Shown here piece by piece: positions 20,282 to 50,070 of a stretch of DNA of 64,000 bases. The DNA is taken from the NCBI RefSeq assembly GCF_009914755.1, contig NC_060938.1; one strand, 5' to 3'. Within the stretch, counting starts at the first letter, position 1. Every line of letters begins with the position of its first letter. This DNA comes from the human T2T-CHM13v2.0 reference genome, Homo sapiens. The position numbers and the translations under genes were made by a program. The notes beneath the pieces were generated by a model. That model did no database searches. It saw only the letters and a list, made by a program, of their open reading frames with translations, and was not told the origin of the DNA.

Positions 20282-22242
20282 TTAGTGGAGTGAGATGTTG
20301 CTGGAAAAGTTGGCAGGGACCAAGTCCTGAAGGACTCTCTTTGTTTTGGATTTTATTCTGGAGAGTGTAGGGATTCATGAAAGGGTTTTAAGTAAGGGGA
20401 TGTGATGACTGGGTTTATGTTTTGTAAAGATCACTCTGCAAGCATTGTGGAGGAAGGATGGGAGGAAGAAAATGTCAAAGTTGGGGAGTCCATTTACAAA
20501 TTAACTGTCCCAGACCAGGCATGAAATGACAAATATTGAGTTAAATCAATTCCAGTGTATACAGAGAGAAAGGAATGGATTTCAAGCACCACTGCCCTTC
20601 TCATACTGAAAGGTATCAGTGGAGGCCTAATGAGGTGCAGGAACTCTCACCCCAACACAGTAGAGACATGGAGCACCCCAGCTTGGTGTCAAAGGAGGCT
20701 GAGTGGGTATCTGGACCTTTATCCACATTTGGCAGTAACAAGGCAGCAGTGCTCCCTTCTCCTGCTGGAGTAGTATCACACACACATAAGAAAACCAGCC
20801 AAAAAGAAGGTTAAGATATAGAGTCTCATAACACAATACGCAAATATCTCAGATTCCATTGAAAATGAGTGCCATGTCAAGAGCTAGTAAATCTCAAACT
20901 GAATGAAAAAAAAATACAATCAACAGATGCAAATACCAAGATGACAGAGATGTTAGAACTATTTGAAAAAGATAAAAATGCTTCAGTGAAAAATTATGAA
21001 CATGCTTGAAGTAAGTGAAAAAATTGAAAGTCTCAGCAAAGAAATAGAAGAATGAAATAGAAATTTTTAGAAATTAAAAATACAATAAGTAAAATAAAAT
21101 ATCCAGCAGATGAGCTTAATTTGCTGAGGTGACAGAGGAATGAATCAGATAATTTGAAGATAGAACAATAGAAATTGAGCAATAGAGAAAAATAGACTTA
21201 AAAGGAATGAACAGAGCTTCAGGGACCTGTGGGTCTATAATGAAAGGTCTAACATTCATGTAATTGAAGATCCAAAGAAAAAGAGAAAGAAGGGACTTCC
21301 TTGTAAAAGTACTCAAATAATAATACCAGAAAAATTCCCAAATATGGTAAAATACATAAACCTACAGATTTAAGATGCTGAGTATATTCCAAACAGGATA
21401 AACCCAGAGAAATCTACAACATTAACATAGTCAATCTTCTGAAAACAAAAGACAAAGAAAAAATATTAAAAGCAGAGCAAGAGAAACAACACCTTAAGTA
21501 TAAGGGAAAAAAGTATAAATGTCAGTTAATTTCTCCTCAGAAACCACAAAGGCCAGAAGGAAATGGCAAAACAGTTTTCATGTGCTAGAAGACTATCAAC
21601 CCAGAATTTTATACCCAGAGAATATATCCTTCATGAATAAAGAAGCCACAGCATTCTCAGATGAAGAAAACTATGAGAATCTGTTGGCAGACCACCCTAA
21701 GAGAATGACTAAGTGAAGTCCTCTAAGCAGAAAGGAAACAATAAAAGAAGGAATCTTGGAATACCAGAAAAGGAAAACATGGAAGTCAAAATACAGGTGA
21801 ATACAGAACACCTTCCAAAACTCCTACTGAGTTTTCTAGATTATATTTAGTAGTTGAAGCAAAAATTATAACACTGTCTGGTATTGTTCTAAATGTATAA
21901 GGAGAAAGTAGTTAACATAAATAAATCTGGGAGGATAAAGGGAGGTAAAGAAAGGTAAAGCTTCTATACTTGAACTGGTAAAATGACACTTGTAACTATG
22001 ATAAAATTTTGTATATATGTGTGTTTGTGTATACACATATAATTTCATATTATATATAACTATATTCTATATATAAATTCATATTTTATAAAATTATACA
22101 ATAAAATATGTTATATTAGAAATCATTTATTATATATCTAAATTATAACACATTATTTAAATAATAAAATATGTTATATTTTATATTTCTGTAAAATGTA
22201 AAATTATATAAATATAATTTATAATTATATAAAGTATATTTA

Positions 22243-22402
22243 TATAATATACTATAGATTAAATATTTATAATTCAATATTTATAATTTAATTATAGACT
22301 AAATATTTTATAATATACTATAGATTAAATATTTATAATTCAATATTTATAATTTAACTATAGACTATATATTTTATAATATATTATAGATTAAATATTT
22401 TA
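22243..22402. repeat. AT-rich 66-bp tandem repeat, about 2.4 copies
   Basis: TATAATAT(A)CTATAGATTAAATATTT recurs at 22243, 22309 and 22375. Confidence 0.85.
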
Positions 22403-22411
22403 TGTTTCTAA

Positions 22412-22648
<237 letters not shown>

Positions 22649-23510
22649 TAACCTGTGGTAACCACTAATCTGTTCTCCATTTTTAAACCTTCTTTTTGGC
22701 TGCTTTGTGTGTGTATGTGTGTGTGTGTGACACTACCCCAGCAGTAGAAGGGGGCACTGCCTTGTGACTAACAGATGGGGTAAAGGTGAGCCTCCTCTGA
22801 CACCAAGGTAGGGTGCTCTGTATCTCTACTGTGTGGGGGTGAGAGTTCCAGCAACCCACTAGGCCTCCACTGACACCACCATGCTCAGCTAAATTTTGAA
22901 TTTTTTGTAGAAATGGGGTTTTGTCATGTTACCCAGGCTGGTCTCAAACTCCAGGGCTCAAGTGATCTACTCACCTTAGCATCCCATAGTGCTGGGACTA
23001 TAGGCATGAGCCACAGTATCAATATCCTGACTGTGATATTGTACTATATATAGTTTTACAATACAATATTGTATTATTATATTATATTGCATTATATTAT
23101 AAAATGGTATTGTAATAATATAATATAATATAATATAATATAATATTTCATGCCCAGCCGAGAACCCAGAAATATTTTTTTAACTTCATTTACATATATG
23201 TACATTTTTTATAGAGACAAGGTCTCACTATGTTGCCCAGACTGGTCATGAACTCATGGGCTCAAGGTATCTTCTCGTCTCAGCCTGCCAAAGTGCTAGG
23301 ATTACAAGTGTGAGCCACCGCGTCTTGCTGAGAACCCAAAAATAGAGCCACACAAATATCCCCAACATATATTTTACAAAAGTGCAAAAACAATTCAATG
23401 AAGGAAAGCTAGCCTTTTGAACAAATGGTCCTGGAATATTTGGACACCCATAGGCACAAACACTAACAATAATGAACTTGGACCTAAATCTCACACCTTA
23501 TAAAGAATTA

Positions 23511-23795
<285 letters not shown>

Positions 23796-24105
23796 TCAAA
23801 AAAAAAGAAAGAAAGAAAGAAAAAAAAAGAAAGAAGGAAGGAAGGAGGGGAAGGAAGGGAAAAAAAAGAAAGAAAAAATAAAGATTAATCCAAATGGATA
23901 ATGGATGTAAATGTAACACGTAAAACTATAAAATTTTAGCAAGAATTCTAGCAGAAATTCATTCTTCGGGACCTAGGAGTAGGAAAAGAATCATTGGACT
24001 TGACATTAAATGCACAATTCATAAAAGGAAAACCTGGCAAATTGGACTTTATCAAAATTAAAAACTTCCTCTGTGATAGATGCTGTTAATAGGATGAAAA
24101 GATGA

Positions 24106-24435
<330 letters not shown>

Positions 24436-24438
24436 TAA

Positions 24439-24999
<561 letters not shown>

Positions 25000-27311
25000 T
25001 AGCAACAGGGTCTCCCTATGTTGCCCAGGCTGGTCTCTAACTCTTGGGCTCAAGTGATCCTCACACCTTGGTTCCCCAAAGTGCTGGAATTAGAGGCATG
25101 AGCCACTGCTCCCAGCCCCGGATTTTTTTCTTAAATATATGAAGCAGGCTCAAAAATCTATAGTAAGAAACCCACACACAATCCAATTAGAAAATGGCCA
25201 AAGACATGAACAGACATTTCACCAAAGAGGATATACAGATGGCAAATGCACACATGAAAAGATATTCAGCATCATTAGCCATTAAGGAAATGCAAATTCA
25301 GTTCACAATGACATATCACTACGCACTTAACAATGACTAAAATAAAAAACCTTGACAACACCACATACTGTGGAGGATGCAGAGAAACAGGTTTACTCAT
25401 ATATCACTGGGAGAAAACAGCTTGTCAGTTTCTTAAAAAAACTGAATCTGGATATGACCCAGCAATTTTACTCCTGGGCATTTATCCCAGATAAATAAAA
25501 AGTTACATTCACAAAAAAACCTGTACATAAATGTTTATAACAGTTTCTTAGTAATAGCCAAAACCTGCAAACAACCCTGATGTATTGTTATGGATGAATG
25601 GTTAAACAATGTATGTCCACACCATGGAATACGATCTGCTATGGCTTAAATGTTTGTGCCTCTCCAAAATTCATGTTGAAGCTTAATCCCCAATGCAATC
25701 GCTTTAAGAGGTGAAGCCTTTAGGAGGTGATTAGTCAAGAGGGCTTTGCCCTCATGAATAGGATTAGTGCCTTTATAAAAGGGATTGAGGGAGTCTGATC
25801 CTTTTCGGCTTTTGCCCTTCTGTCATGTGAGGACCCAAGCATTCAACCCTTCTGCCATGTGAAAATACAGCAGTGAGAAGGAGCCATGTTGGAAGCAGAG
25901 AGAAGCCCTTACCAGACCCAAATCTGCTAGTGCCTTAATTTTGGACTTCCCAGTCTCGAGAACTGTGAGCAATACATTTCTATTATTTATAAATTACCTA
26001 GGCTAAGGTATTTTGTTATAGCAGCAGGAATGGATGGAGACAGTATTTAACAATCAAAAGGAATAAACTGCTGATGAATACAGCAACCTGGATGGATATC
26101 CAGAAATTTATGCTGAGTGAGAAAAAGCCAATCCCAAAAGGTTGCATATTTTGTGATGCTATATAAAACGTTCTTGAAATAATAAAATTATAAAAAGGAG
26201 CCCGGCTTGGTGGCTCACACCTATAATCCCAGCACTTTGGGAGGGCGAGGCGGGCAGATTGCTTGAGCCTAGGAGTTCAAGACCAGCCTGGGCAACATGG
26301 CAAAACCCCATCTCCACAAAATATACTGGTGGCATGCCTGTAGTCCTAGTTACTTGGGGGGCTGAGGTGGGAGGATGGCGTGAGCCTGAGAGGTCAAGGC
26401 TGCAGTGAGCCGAGATTGCGCCACTGCAGTCCGGCCTGGATGATAAAGACCCTCTCTCAAAAAAAAAAAATTATAGAAATGGAGAACAGATTACTGGTTA
26501 CCAGAGGTTAAGGAGGTGAGAGTTATGGAGTGGCAGGGAAGTGGGTATGGCCATAAAGCAGCAAGAGGAGGGTAGTGGAAATGCTCTGTATCTTGACTGT
26601 ATCAGTGTCAATATCCTGACTGTGATATAGAACTATATATAGTTTTACAATATAATACTGTATTATGATATAATACAGTATTATATTGTGTCATTATATT
26701 ATATTGTATTATATTATAAAATTGTAATATAATGTTCCTTCCTTGGAGGAAACTGGGTAAAAAGTACATGGGATCTCTTTATATTATTTCTTACAACTGC
26801 ATGTACATCTATAATTATCTCAAAATAAAATTTGGGCCAGGTGTGGTGGCTCATGTCTGTGGGAGGATCAGTTGAAGCCAGGAGTTCGAGACCAGCCTGG
26901 GCAATGTAGCAAGACCCCATCTCTAGAAAAATAAATGAATAAACAAAACAATTTTAATGAAAATATTATAAAGCAAACAACCGTGTAAACACCTGCCAAT
27001 TAAGAAAAAAGAACTTGCCCAGGGCTGGTCGTGGTGGCTCATTCCTGTAATCCCAGCACTTTGGGAGGCTGAGGCAGGAGAATTGCTTAAGCCTGGGAGT
27101 TTGAGACCAGCTTGGGCAACAGAGTAAGACCCTGTCTCTACATAAAATAAAATAAACGTAAAACAAAATAAAGTAAAATAGATGAATAAAGTAAAATAAA
27201 AATAAAATAAAATAAAATAATAGCTAGGCTAGGTTTATGCCTGTGGTCCCAGCTTCTCAGGAGGCTGAGGTGGGAGGACAGCTTGAGCCCAGGAAGTCAA
27301 GGCTGCAGTGA

Positions 27312-28187
<876 letters not shown>

Positions 28188-28496
28188 TGAGCCACCGTGC
28201 CTGGCCCGTTCTATACACTTTGAAGATGAAACGTTTTCCTCTAAAACTGCTTCAGTTACATCCCCAACCAGGTTTGATATGAAGTATTTTCCTTATCATT
28301 CTGTTAACAATGTTCTATAAGATCACTATGATTTCATTTTTGACTCCCACACGTAGGGAGTAGCTTTTATGTTGTTGTTTGGTTATTGATTTCTAGTTTA
28401 ACTGCAGTGCGGTGAGGGAACAAATCTAAATCATTACCATCCTTTGAAATTTGCTGAGACTACTTCACAGGCAGTATATGGTCAATTTTTAAGGAG

Positions 28497-29489
<993 letters not shown>

Positions 29490-29926
29490 GTATATATTTT
29501 TATTTATTTTTTGAGACAGGGTCTTGCTGTGTTGCCCAGGCTGGAGGGCAGTGCCATAATCTCAGCTCACTGCAACCTCCACCTCCTGAGTTTAAGTGAT
29601 TCTCGTGCCTCAGCCTCCTGAGTAGCTGGGATTACAGGCATGCGCCACCACGCCCAGCTAACTTGTGTTTTTAGTAGAGATGGGGCTTCACCATGTTGTC
29701 CAGGCTGGTCTGGAACTCCCGACCTCAAGTGATCCACCTACCTCGGCCTCCCAAAGTGCTGAGATTACAGGCATGCGCCACCGTGCCTGGGTGCATTTAT
29801 TTTTTAAACATTAGAGGCAGGGTCTTGCTATGTTGCCCAGGCTGATTTTGAACTCCTGGGCTCAAGCGATCCTCCTTTCTCAGCCTTCCAGGTAGCTGGG
29901 ACTACAGTACAAATTTAATTAATTAA

Positions 29927-30097
<171 letters not shown>

Positions 30098-31112
30098 TGA
30101 CCTTTTATTATTATAAAGTGACTATCATTATCTCTGGTATTGGTTTTTGCCCTAAAGTCAATTTGATCTGATATCATTATGGTCAAACCAACTATCCTAT
30201 TGCTAATATTTGCTTAGTACTGTATATCTACTTAGAACTCTACAGGACATTCTTTTTCTTGTTTAATACATTTGGAGTTACCCACTTATTGTTACCTATT
30301 TTACCTTTATTTTTTTTCTCCCAACTCGGACCCTTCATATGGGATCATTTTCCTTTTGCCAGAAATGCTTCTTTTATAATTTCCTATAGTGGATTTTGAT
30401 CCTGGCAAACTCTCTTAGCTTTTATTTGTCTAAAAATATTTCCATTTTTCTCTCATTCTTAATAGACATTTTTTTAATTGACATAGAATTCAATATATTT
30501 GTTTTTCTTTAGCTTCACTATTTCACTTTTTATTTATATTTCTTAGGTTTTCTTCTTTTTCTTTTCTTTCTTTCTTTTTTTTTTGTTTGTTTAGAGACAA
30601 GGTCTCACTCTGTTGCTTAGGCTGGAGTGCAGTGGCTCAATCATAGCTCATCGCAGTCTTGAATTTCTGGGCTCAGGCAATTCTCCTGCCTTAGTCTCCT
30701 GGGTAGCTAGGACGGCAGGTGTGTGTCATCATGCCTGGCTAATATTTAAAAATATTTTATGTAGAGATGGGGTCTCACTATGTTGCCCAGGCTGGTCTTG
30801 AACTTTTGTCCTCAACAGATCATCTTGCCTCAGCCTCCCAAAGTGTGATTACAGGCATGAGCCATCACACCCAGCCTACATAACTAATACACATTATTTA
30901 CTTGAATCTTATTTCTTCCTAGTAGGGTTCAGCTTCACTCACCTTGGTTACATGGATGTCATCACCTGAATGCTTTGTATCAACAATTGTTTTAAACATG
31001 AAAAGCAGTTGTAGTAAAATTAAAACCTTGCATTTCATTCCCAGATGTTCTATTAACTTAAGTTGTAGGGATAGCGGGGGTGCACCAAGATTCTAATGGG
31101 TTTAATATAATC

Positions 31113-31281
31113 AAAACACTTGTTCACTGTATGTTTATTGAGTTTCTCATTTAAATCAATCAATGGATTAATGCTTACATAATATTGCCATAAAATTTAG
31201 ACTGCTAAATGACATGTTGATATTGATCCATTGATTGATTTAAATGAGAAACTCAATAAACGTACAGTGAACAAGTATTTT
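31113..31281. repeat. Inverted repeat: 60-bp arms (3 mismatches), 49-bp spacer
   Basis: 31113-31172 matches the reverse complement of 31222-31281 at 57/60 positions. Confidence 0.97.
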
Positions 31282-31290
31282 CCGTTGTCA

Positions 31291-31434
<144 letters not shown>

Positions 31435-32578
31435 TCATCCTTTTAGTAGCCTGTCTATGAATGATAAGAATTTATATTCAGTAACTGTTTCAATATGTGA
31501 CACAGCAGGAAGGCTGCCATCTGCAAGCCAGGAAGAGAGAACTCACCAGAAACCAAATCAGCTGGCATCTTGATTTGGACTTCCCTGCCTCCAGAACTGT
31601 TAGCAATAAATGTTGATTGTTTAAGCTACCCAGTGTATGGTATTTAGTTATGGCAGCCCAAGGAGACCAATATGTGTGAAATTTTTCATATTTAACTGAA
31701 GATTTAACTGTTAACTTGAGAATATTTTACTTAAGGAAAAGAAAAAAGAAAAACAAAGAACAAAAAACAAACAACTCCCCAGAGAGACTCTATGGAAATG
31801 TTGCAACTTCTAAAAAGGAGTTTAATTCACATATACAGTATATGGGATTCTTTATAAGATTATCATATTTCAATTTATCTGTGGATATGATGGCTCATAG
31901 GTTAGTCTGTGTTTAAAGGGTTTTCCATAATAAAACATATTTTCATTTTTATACCAACAAGAATAATTTCACATCCTGTAGGTCTCCAGTTAAAAAATGA
32001 TTGTTATTTTCTTATACTACAATTTTTATCATTGAGTCTAACAATATGTAGGAAGCACTCTAAGAATAAAAATAAACACAATCATAGATGGTTAGAGTGG
32101 AAGCAAACCCCAGAAGTCATGAAACCCAAGCCTCTAACTTTACTGATGAGGAAAATGAAGTTCAGAGAGGCTTAGGGCTTGCTTATGGTTCTCATAGCTG
32201 GCAAGAAAAAAGATGAAGCTTAAAAGTGGGGCTCTGGGCCCCTAGTTCAATGTCCTTTCTACCACACTAAGCTGCCTCTTCGACAAGGTTTACAGCTTTT
32301 CCTCTTCAAATGACCAAGACAATACTTTAAAAGAAGCCATTTCATTAAGAGTACATTATAGTATATACATATTATAATACCTTTAGGAGGGTTAAATATA
32401 TTTTGTTAAGTTTTTAAAAGCCATACTTTGTTACTGATTGTTAATATGGTAAATTAATAGAGCAGATGTCAAATCTTTATTTTAAAAGTTTAAAAAAACA
32501 CTTTTGTATCATCCACATGCAGTTTAGCAACAGATATACATTTTTAAGCAAATTTTAGATACAATATGACAATTTTAC

Positions 32579-32615
32579 CATCGACCAAATGTTTGACATT
32601 GGGATTCTACTTGTA
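32579..32615 (-). pseudogene. Exon remnant B: (YK*)NPNVKH[2-bp deletion]IWSM
   Basis: Three in-phase AG acceptors (32617, 32611, 32608) and donor ATG|GTAAAA; resembles C9orf72 GPRVRHIWAP. The upstream intron is only 65-74 bp. Confidence 0.55.
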
Positions 32616-32680
32616 CTAGATAAGTTAGAAACTTCAGAAATATCCCAGGATATACAATATGTAATTGAAAATAAACTTAC

Positions 32681-32752
32681 AGGACTCCAAGCATGGAATA
32701 GTACTTGGGTAGCCTTTACTTTATCTTCTGTCTTTATAACAGAGATTGACAA
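32681..32752 (-). pseudogene. Exon remnant A (72 bp, phase 0/0): LSISVIKTEDKVKATQVLFHAWSP
   Basis: Acceptor ttccattag, perfect donor GTAAGT (32680-32675), open frame; resembles C9orf72 VAKTE...LLAATFAYWDN. Confidence 0.65.
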
Positions 32753-32845
32753 CTAATGGAATACATGCTTAAAAGACTCACAAGCCAGGTGCGGTGGCTC
32801 ACGTCTGTAATCCCAGCACTTTGGGAGGCTGAGGCGGGCAGATCA

Positions 32846-33106
<261 letters not shown>

Positions 33107-33764
33107 CTAACAATCTACATGGCATGGCCAGTGCTGTTGCAGGCCAAATTGTCAAGTGTCCAAGTTATTCTTCATCCCTTTCAAAATTTCTCCATCTTCT
33201 TTCTCAGTCTCTTTCTTAAATCTTGTCATATATATCCTTCGGTCACATCCAATTACCAAACAAAGAGAGATTACATGTGCACTATGTCTCCCACATAAAA
33301 ATAAGTAAGACTGCATGAAAATTGGGCATGTTATCTCTGAAATGTCTGCAACAATTTCTGTAGAGAGAATTGGGCAAACCATTCAGAATACATTGAGGAC
33401 CCTTCTGTATTATAGATTGCCAGCTCAATGGAAATATCTCTGCCTATCCTCCCAATTTTTTAAGTGGGCAGTTAGTCAAAATGCATACCTGCTTTTGTCT
33501 CTCACTCCATCCAGAGCTCAGGGTTAGGTCTTCACTGCCCTGTGTCCTCTACTCCAGGAGGTCTAGGTGATTCTGCCACAGCCTCAGCCTCCACCGCTCT
33601 GCGAACTGCTGGTTTTGGAAGATTCATAGCTAAGACTCCAGGGCACCCCTGAAGCCAAGAAATGGTGTCACTATCTCCAAGCCAGACCTGATCACCTGTC
33701 TGTAGCAAGAGAAAGAGCCCTGCAATGTGAAGAGACATGAGACAGTAGCCAAATACCCAGCCAA

Positions 33765-44197
<10,433 letters not shown>

Positions 44198-44970
44198 ACT
44201 GAGGGGCGGTTGCAGTGAACCGAGATCACACCACTGCACTCCAGCCCGGATGACAGAGTGAGACTCTGTCTCAAAAAAACAAAACAAAACAAAAAACAAA
44301 ACATGACTACCATGCATAATGAGAATTGACTGTATTTAGTGTACATTTTTTAAAAGATGAAATGAAGGGGAAATTATCTTCTGTTTTCCGTGTTGAAATA
44401 CTTGAGTGCATCATTAGGAGCTATATGTTTATCTTATTCACAATAATCTTATGAATCTTAGTTTTCTTTTTATTTTTCTCCAGCTTTATTGAGTTGTAAT
44501 TGACAAATAAAGTTGTGTCAGTTTAAGGTGTACAATATGTTGTGAAATGATGACCATGATCAAGTAAGTTAACATGTCTATCACTTCAACTAGTTATGGG
44601 TATTCTGAGTTTTGGTTTTCGTGGCGAGAACATTTAGCTACTAAGATTTTAATTATGCCTTAATATATTATCAATACTTTCAAAATAATAGGAAAAAAGG
44701 GGCCTCTTTGTAATATTTCTGAACTAAAAAGAATGCCTCGGGAGTGCAAGTTACAAACTCAAATGCCTGCAGGGCCAAGCAGTAATTTAGCACTGTCAGT
44801 CAGGTGTTTTGGAATCACCCCTTTGTGGAAGTTTCATTACCGGGCACTGCAATTTTCAGTGTTTGCAACTAAATTGGAATGATTTGTTACAGTGTTTGGG
44901 CCGGACAGAGTAGTAGGCCTATCAGTTTATGGCCTCTACTCTAGAATTTTGCCACTGCATATAACGTTGA

Positions 44971-45189
<219 letters not shown>

Positions 45190-45292
45190 TGAACTCCTGG
45201 GCTCAAGTGATCCTCCAGCCTCTGCCTCCTAATGTGCTAGGATTACAGGTGTGAGCCACCACGCCCAGCCTCATGCTGACTTTTTAACATAG

Positions 45293-46200
<908 letters not shown>

Positions 46201-46443
46201 AAGTTTTGTTTTTGAGATAGGATCCTGCTGTGTTGCCCAGACTGGAGTGCTGCAGTGAGAGCATGGCTCAAGATAAAACTTGAATGGGTAAGGAATTGCT
46301 TCCTACAGATGAGCAAAGAAAGTGGTTACTTTTTTCTTTTTTCTTTTTTTGAGACAGGGTCTTACTCTGTCACCCAGACCGGAGTGCAGTGGAGCCATCA
46401 TGGCTTACTGCAGCCCTGACCTCATGAGCTCAAGTGATCCTCC

Positions 46444-47414
<971 letters not shown>

Positions 47415-49157
47415 CTCCCACCTCAGCCTCTGGAGAAGCTGGGATTACAGGTGTGCAGTACCATGCCTGGCTAATTTTTGTAGAGTTGGGGTTTTACAAC
47501 ATTGGCGATATTACAGTTATGCTTTGATGTATTCACACAATAGAATGTCAAGGATAGTTTTCTTTAAGTCAACAGAATAATAAATTTTCTCATTCTGTCT
47601 GCTCAGCCATACATAGGCACAGCTTAGTTTAGTCTTTACATAGACAAGACCCCCGTATATGAAAAACTTAAAGACAGTGCCTTCCTCTGCTTGCTTCCTG
47701 AGGATGCCCTACTCTGTAAAGAAGTAGCTTTCAATAAAATATCTCCTTCTCACCCTTCCAGTGAGAGATCCAAGAACCCTCTCTGGGGGTCTGGATGGAG
47801 ACCGCCTTTTCCAGTAACATTTTCACCTTCTCTTTAATAGAGCGACTGAACACAGGTGTTCTTCTAGGTAGAATCACCTTTCCAGGATGTCTTGGGCCCT
47901 TTACGGGTAACTCAACATAAAATTAGATCTACAGGTGCTCGGGGATCTGGAACCATGGAGGTGGCTCCTCACAGCTCCACTAACAGAGCCTGCAGGAGAC
48001 CTGGGGTTGGCTGATGGCCACCCTCTGCCCCCTGCAGCATTCACTGGAGACAATGCCCTCTGCAGGCCATTCCCAACCAAGGACTGAACCCTGCAAGGGA
48101 CTTAGACCCTGGCCATTCCTGCTGGACATGAGACTCCTCTCATGTCTACTCGTTGACCAAGACTTTATTAGGAGTTTTTTAGGGTTACTCTGCTGCTCTT
48201 GCTCCCTTTTGCCTCTATCCTCCCTCTTGTACATCTAATTCCATCTTGGCAGCTGCTTCTCAGATGACCCAGGCTACAACAGGACCCTAAATTCAGCTTT
48301 TAGATTTACAAGAAAATCTATAAATTCCTACAGTTAATTCCCTGGACCCCAGAACTTCAGGGCGATTAGCATAGAGGAGTGCATGAGCAGATAGGCTTGG
48401 ATCGTCTGCTAACTGTGGGCTGTATGATTCAAGACTCATCAGAAGTTACCAACTGTCTAAACAGAACTTCTTCACTGATAATAATTCCTATATTAATAAC
48501 ATTTTCTCCTTTTGGTGTCTTCCTAAATCATTACCACAGAACCACTTACTTGTTTTTACAGTGGTCTAAGGATCAAACATTTTCCCTTACAGGAATTTAC
48601 AAAAAAGTTCAACCTGTTCCTTCCTTCCTTCCTTTCTTCCTTCCTTCCTCTTTTTCCTCCTCCTTTTCTTTCTCTTTCTTTTTCTTTTTTCTTTCTTTCT
48701 TGCTCTCTTTCTTTCCTTCTTTTCCTCTTTTTTTCTTCTCTTTCTCTCTCCCTTCTTCTCTTTCTTTTCTTTTTCCTTCTTTCTTTTCACCTACCTTCCT
48801 TCCTTTTTCTTTCTTTCTTTCCCATAATACTTGCTGTCATTTAGAATCCCCAACCTGGCATTTTTAATTTCATGGTTGCATTAAAAAAATTTTTTTAAAA
48901 ATATTTTCATCTTTCTTTGGCTCCCTGGTCAGAGGAAAGAATGAACAAGGTTGAATTTTGGACATCAAATTCTGTTTTTTTCTTGGTTGACTCTGTTGCA
49001 GATAAATAGATTTGAGATATCTGTTCCTCATTCATGCAACAGTTGCTTGATAACTACTATATGTAGGGAACTAGTTGCTGAAAGAAAGGACCAGATGAAA
49101 AAGAAATATATAGGAATTTCTGAGAAGGAAAGGGAGGATTACATTAAATACAATAGC

Positions 49158-49536
49158 TGTTAGTCTATTCAAAATGCTCAAAATATCTTAGACTGGGTGG
49201 CTTATAAACAATAGGAACTTATTTCTCACAGTTCTGGAGGCTGGGAAGTCCAAGATCAAGTTGCCAGCAGGTTTGGAATCTTGTGAGGGCCACTTCCTTC
49301 ATTAAATGGATGTCTTGTCTTTGTAGCCTCATTTGGTGGAATGGGCAAACAAGAGGTTAGTGACCTTCCTCAGGCCCCCTTTGCAAGAGCACTAATCCCA
49401 TTCTGGAGGGTGGGGCCCTGTGACCTAATCACCTCCCAAAGGCTCCACCTCTTAATCCTATCACAGGGGATTATGTTTTAACATATGAATGGTGCGGGGG
49501 GTGGGGGTGAGGGACACAGACATTCAGACCATAGCA
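49158..49536 (-). mobile_element. MaLR solo LTR (MLT1A/MSTD-like)
   Basis: TCTCACAGTTCTGGAGGCTGGGAAGTCCAAGATCAAG...CATTCAGACCATAGCA. Confidence 0.85.
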
Positions 49537-49746
49537 CTAACTTGCCTTGGTTATATTTCAACTCCATATAAAAAACCAGATACTTCCAAAACTGAGGCTG
49601 TGGCATATAAAGGTGACAATTCCATCTTTGTAAACAAAAACAACTAATTTTTGAACGTGCTACTCATTTTAGATAGATCAATCTGTGTCAGTGGGGTAAT
49701 ATTTTTCTTTTAAATCCCAAAAGAAAAAACATGCCCTTTATTGTAA

Positions 49747-50070
<324 letters not shown>

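Noticed and set aside
48450-48522. Possible upstream minus-strand exon (KTPKGENVINIGIIISEEVLFRQL|GTAACT)
   Set aside because: Acceptor lacks a polypyrimidine tract and there is no recognisable homology; worth re-testing only if an orthologue is found.
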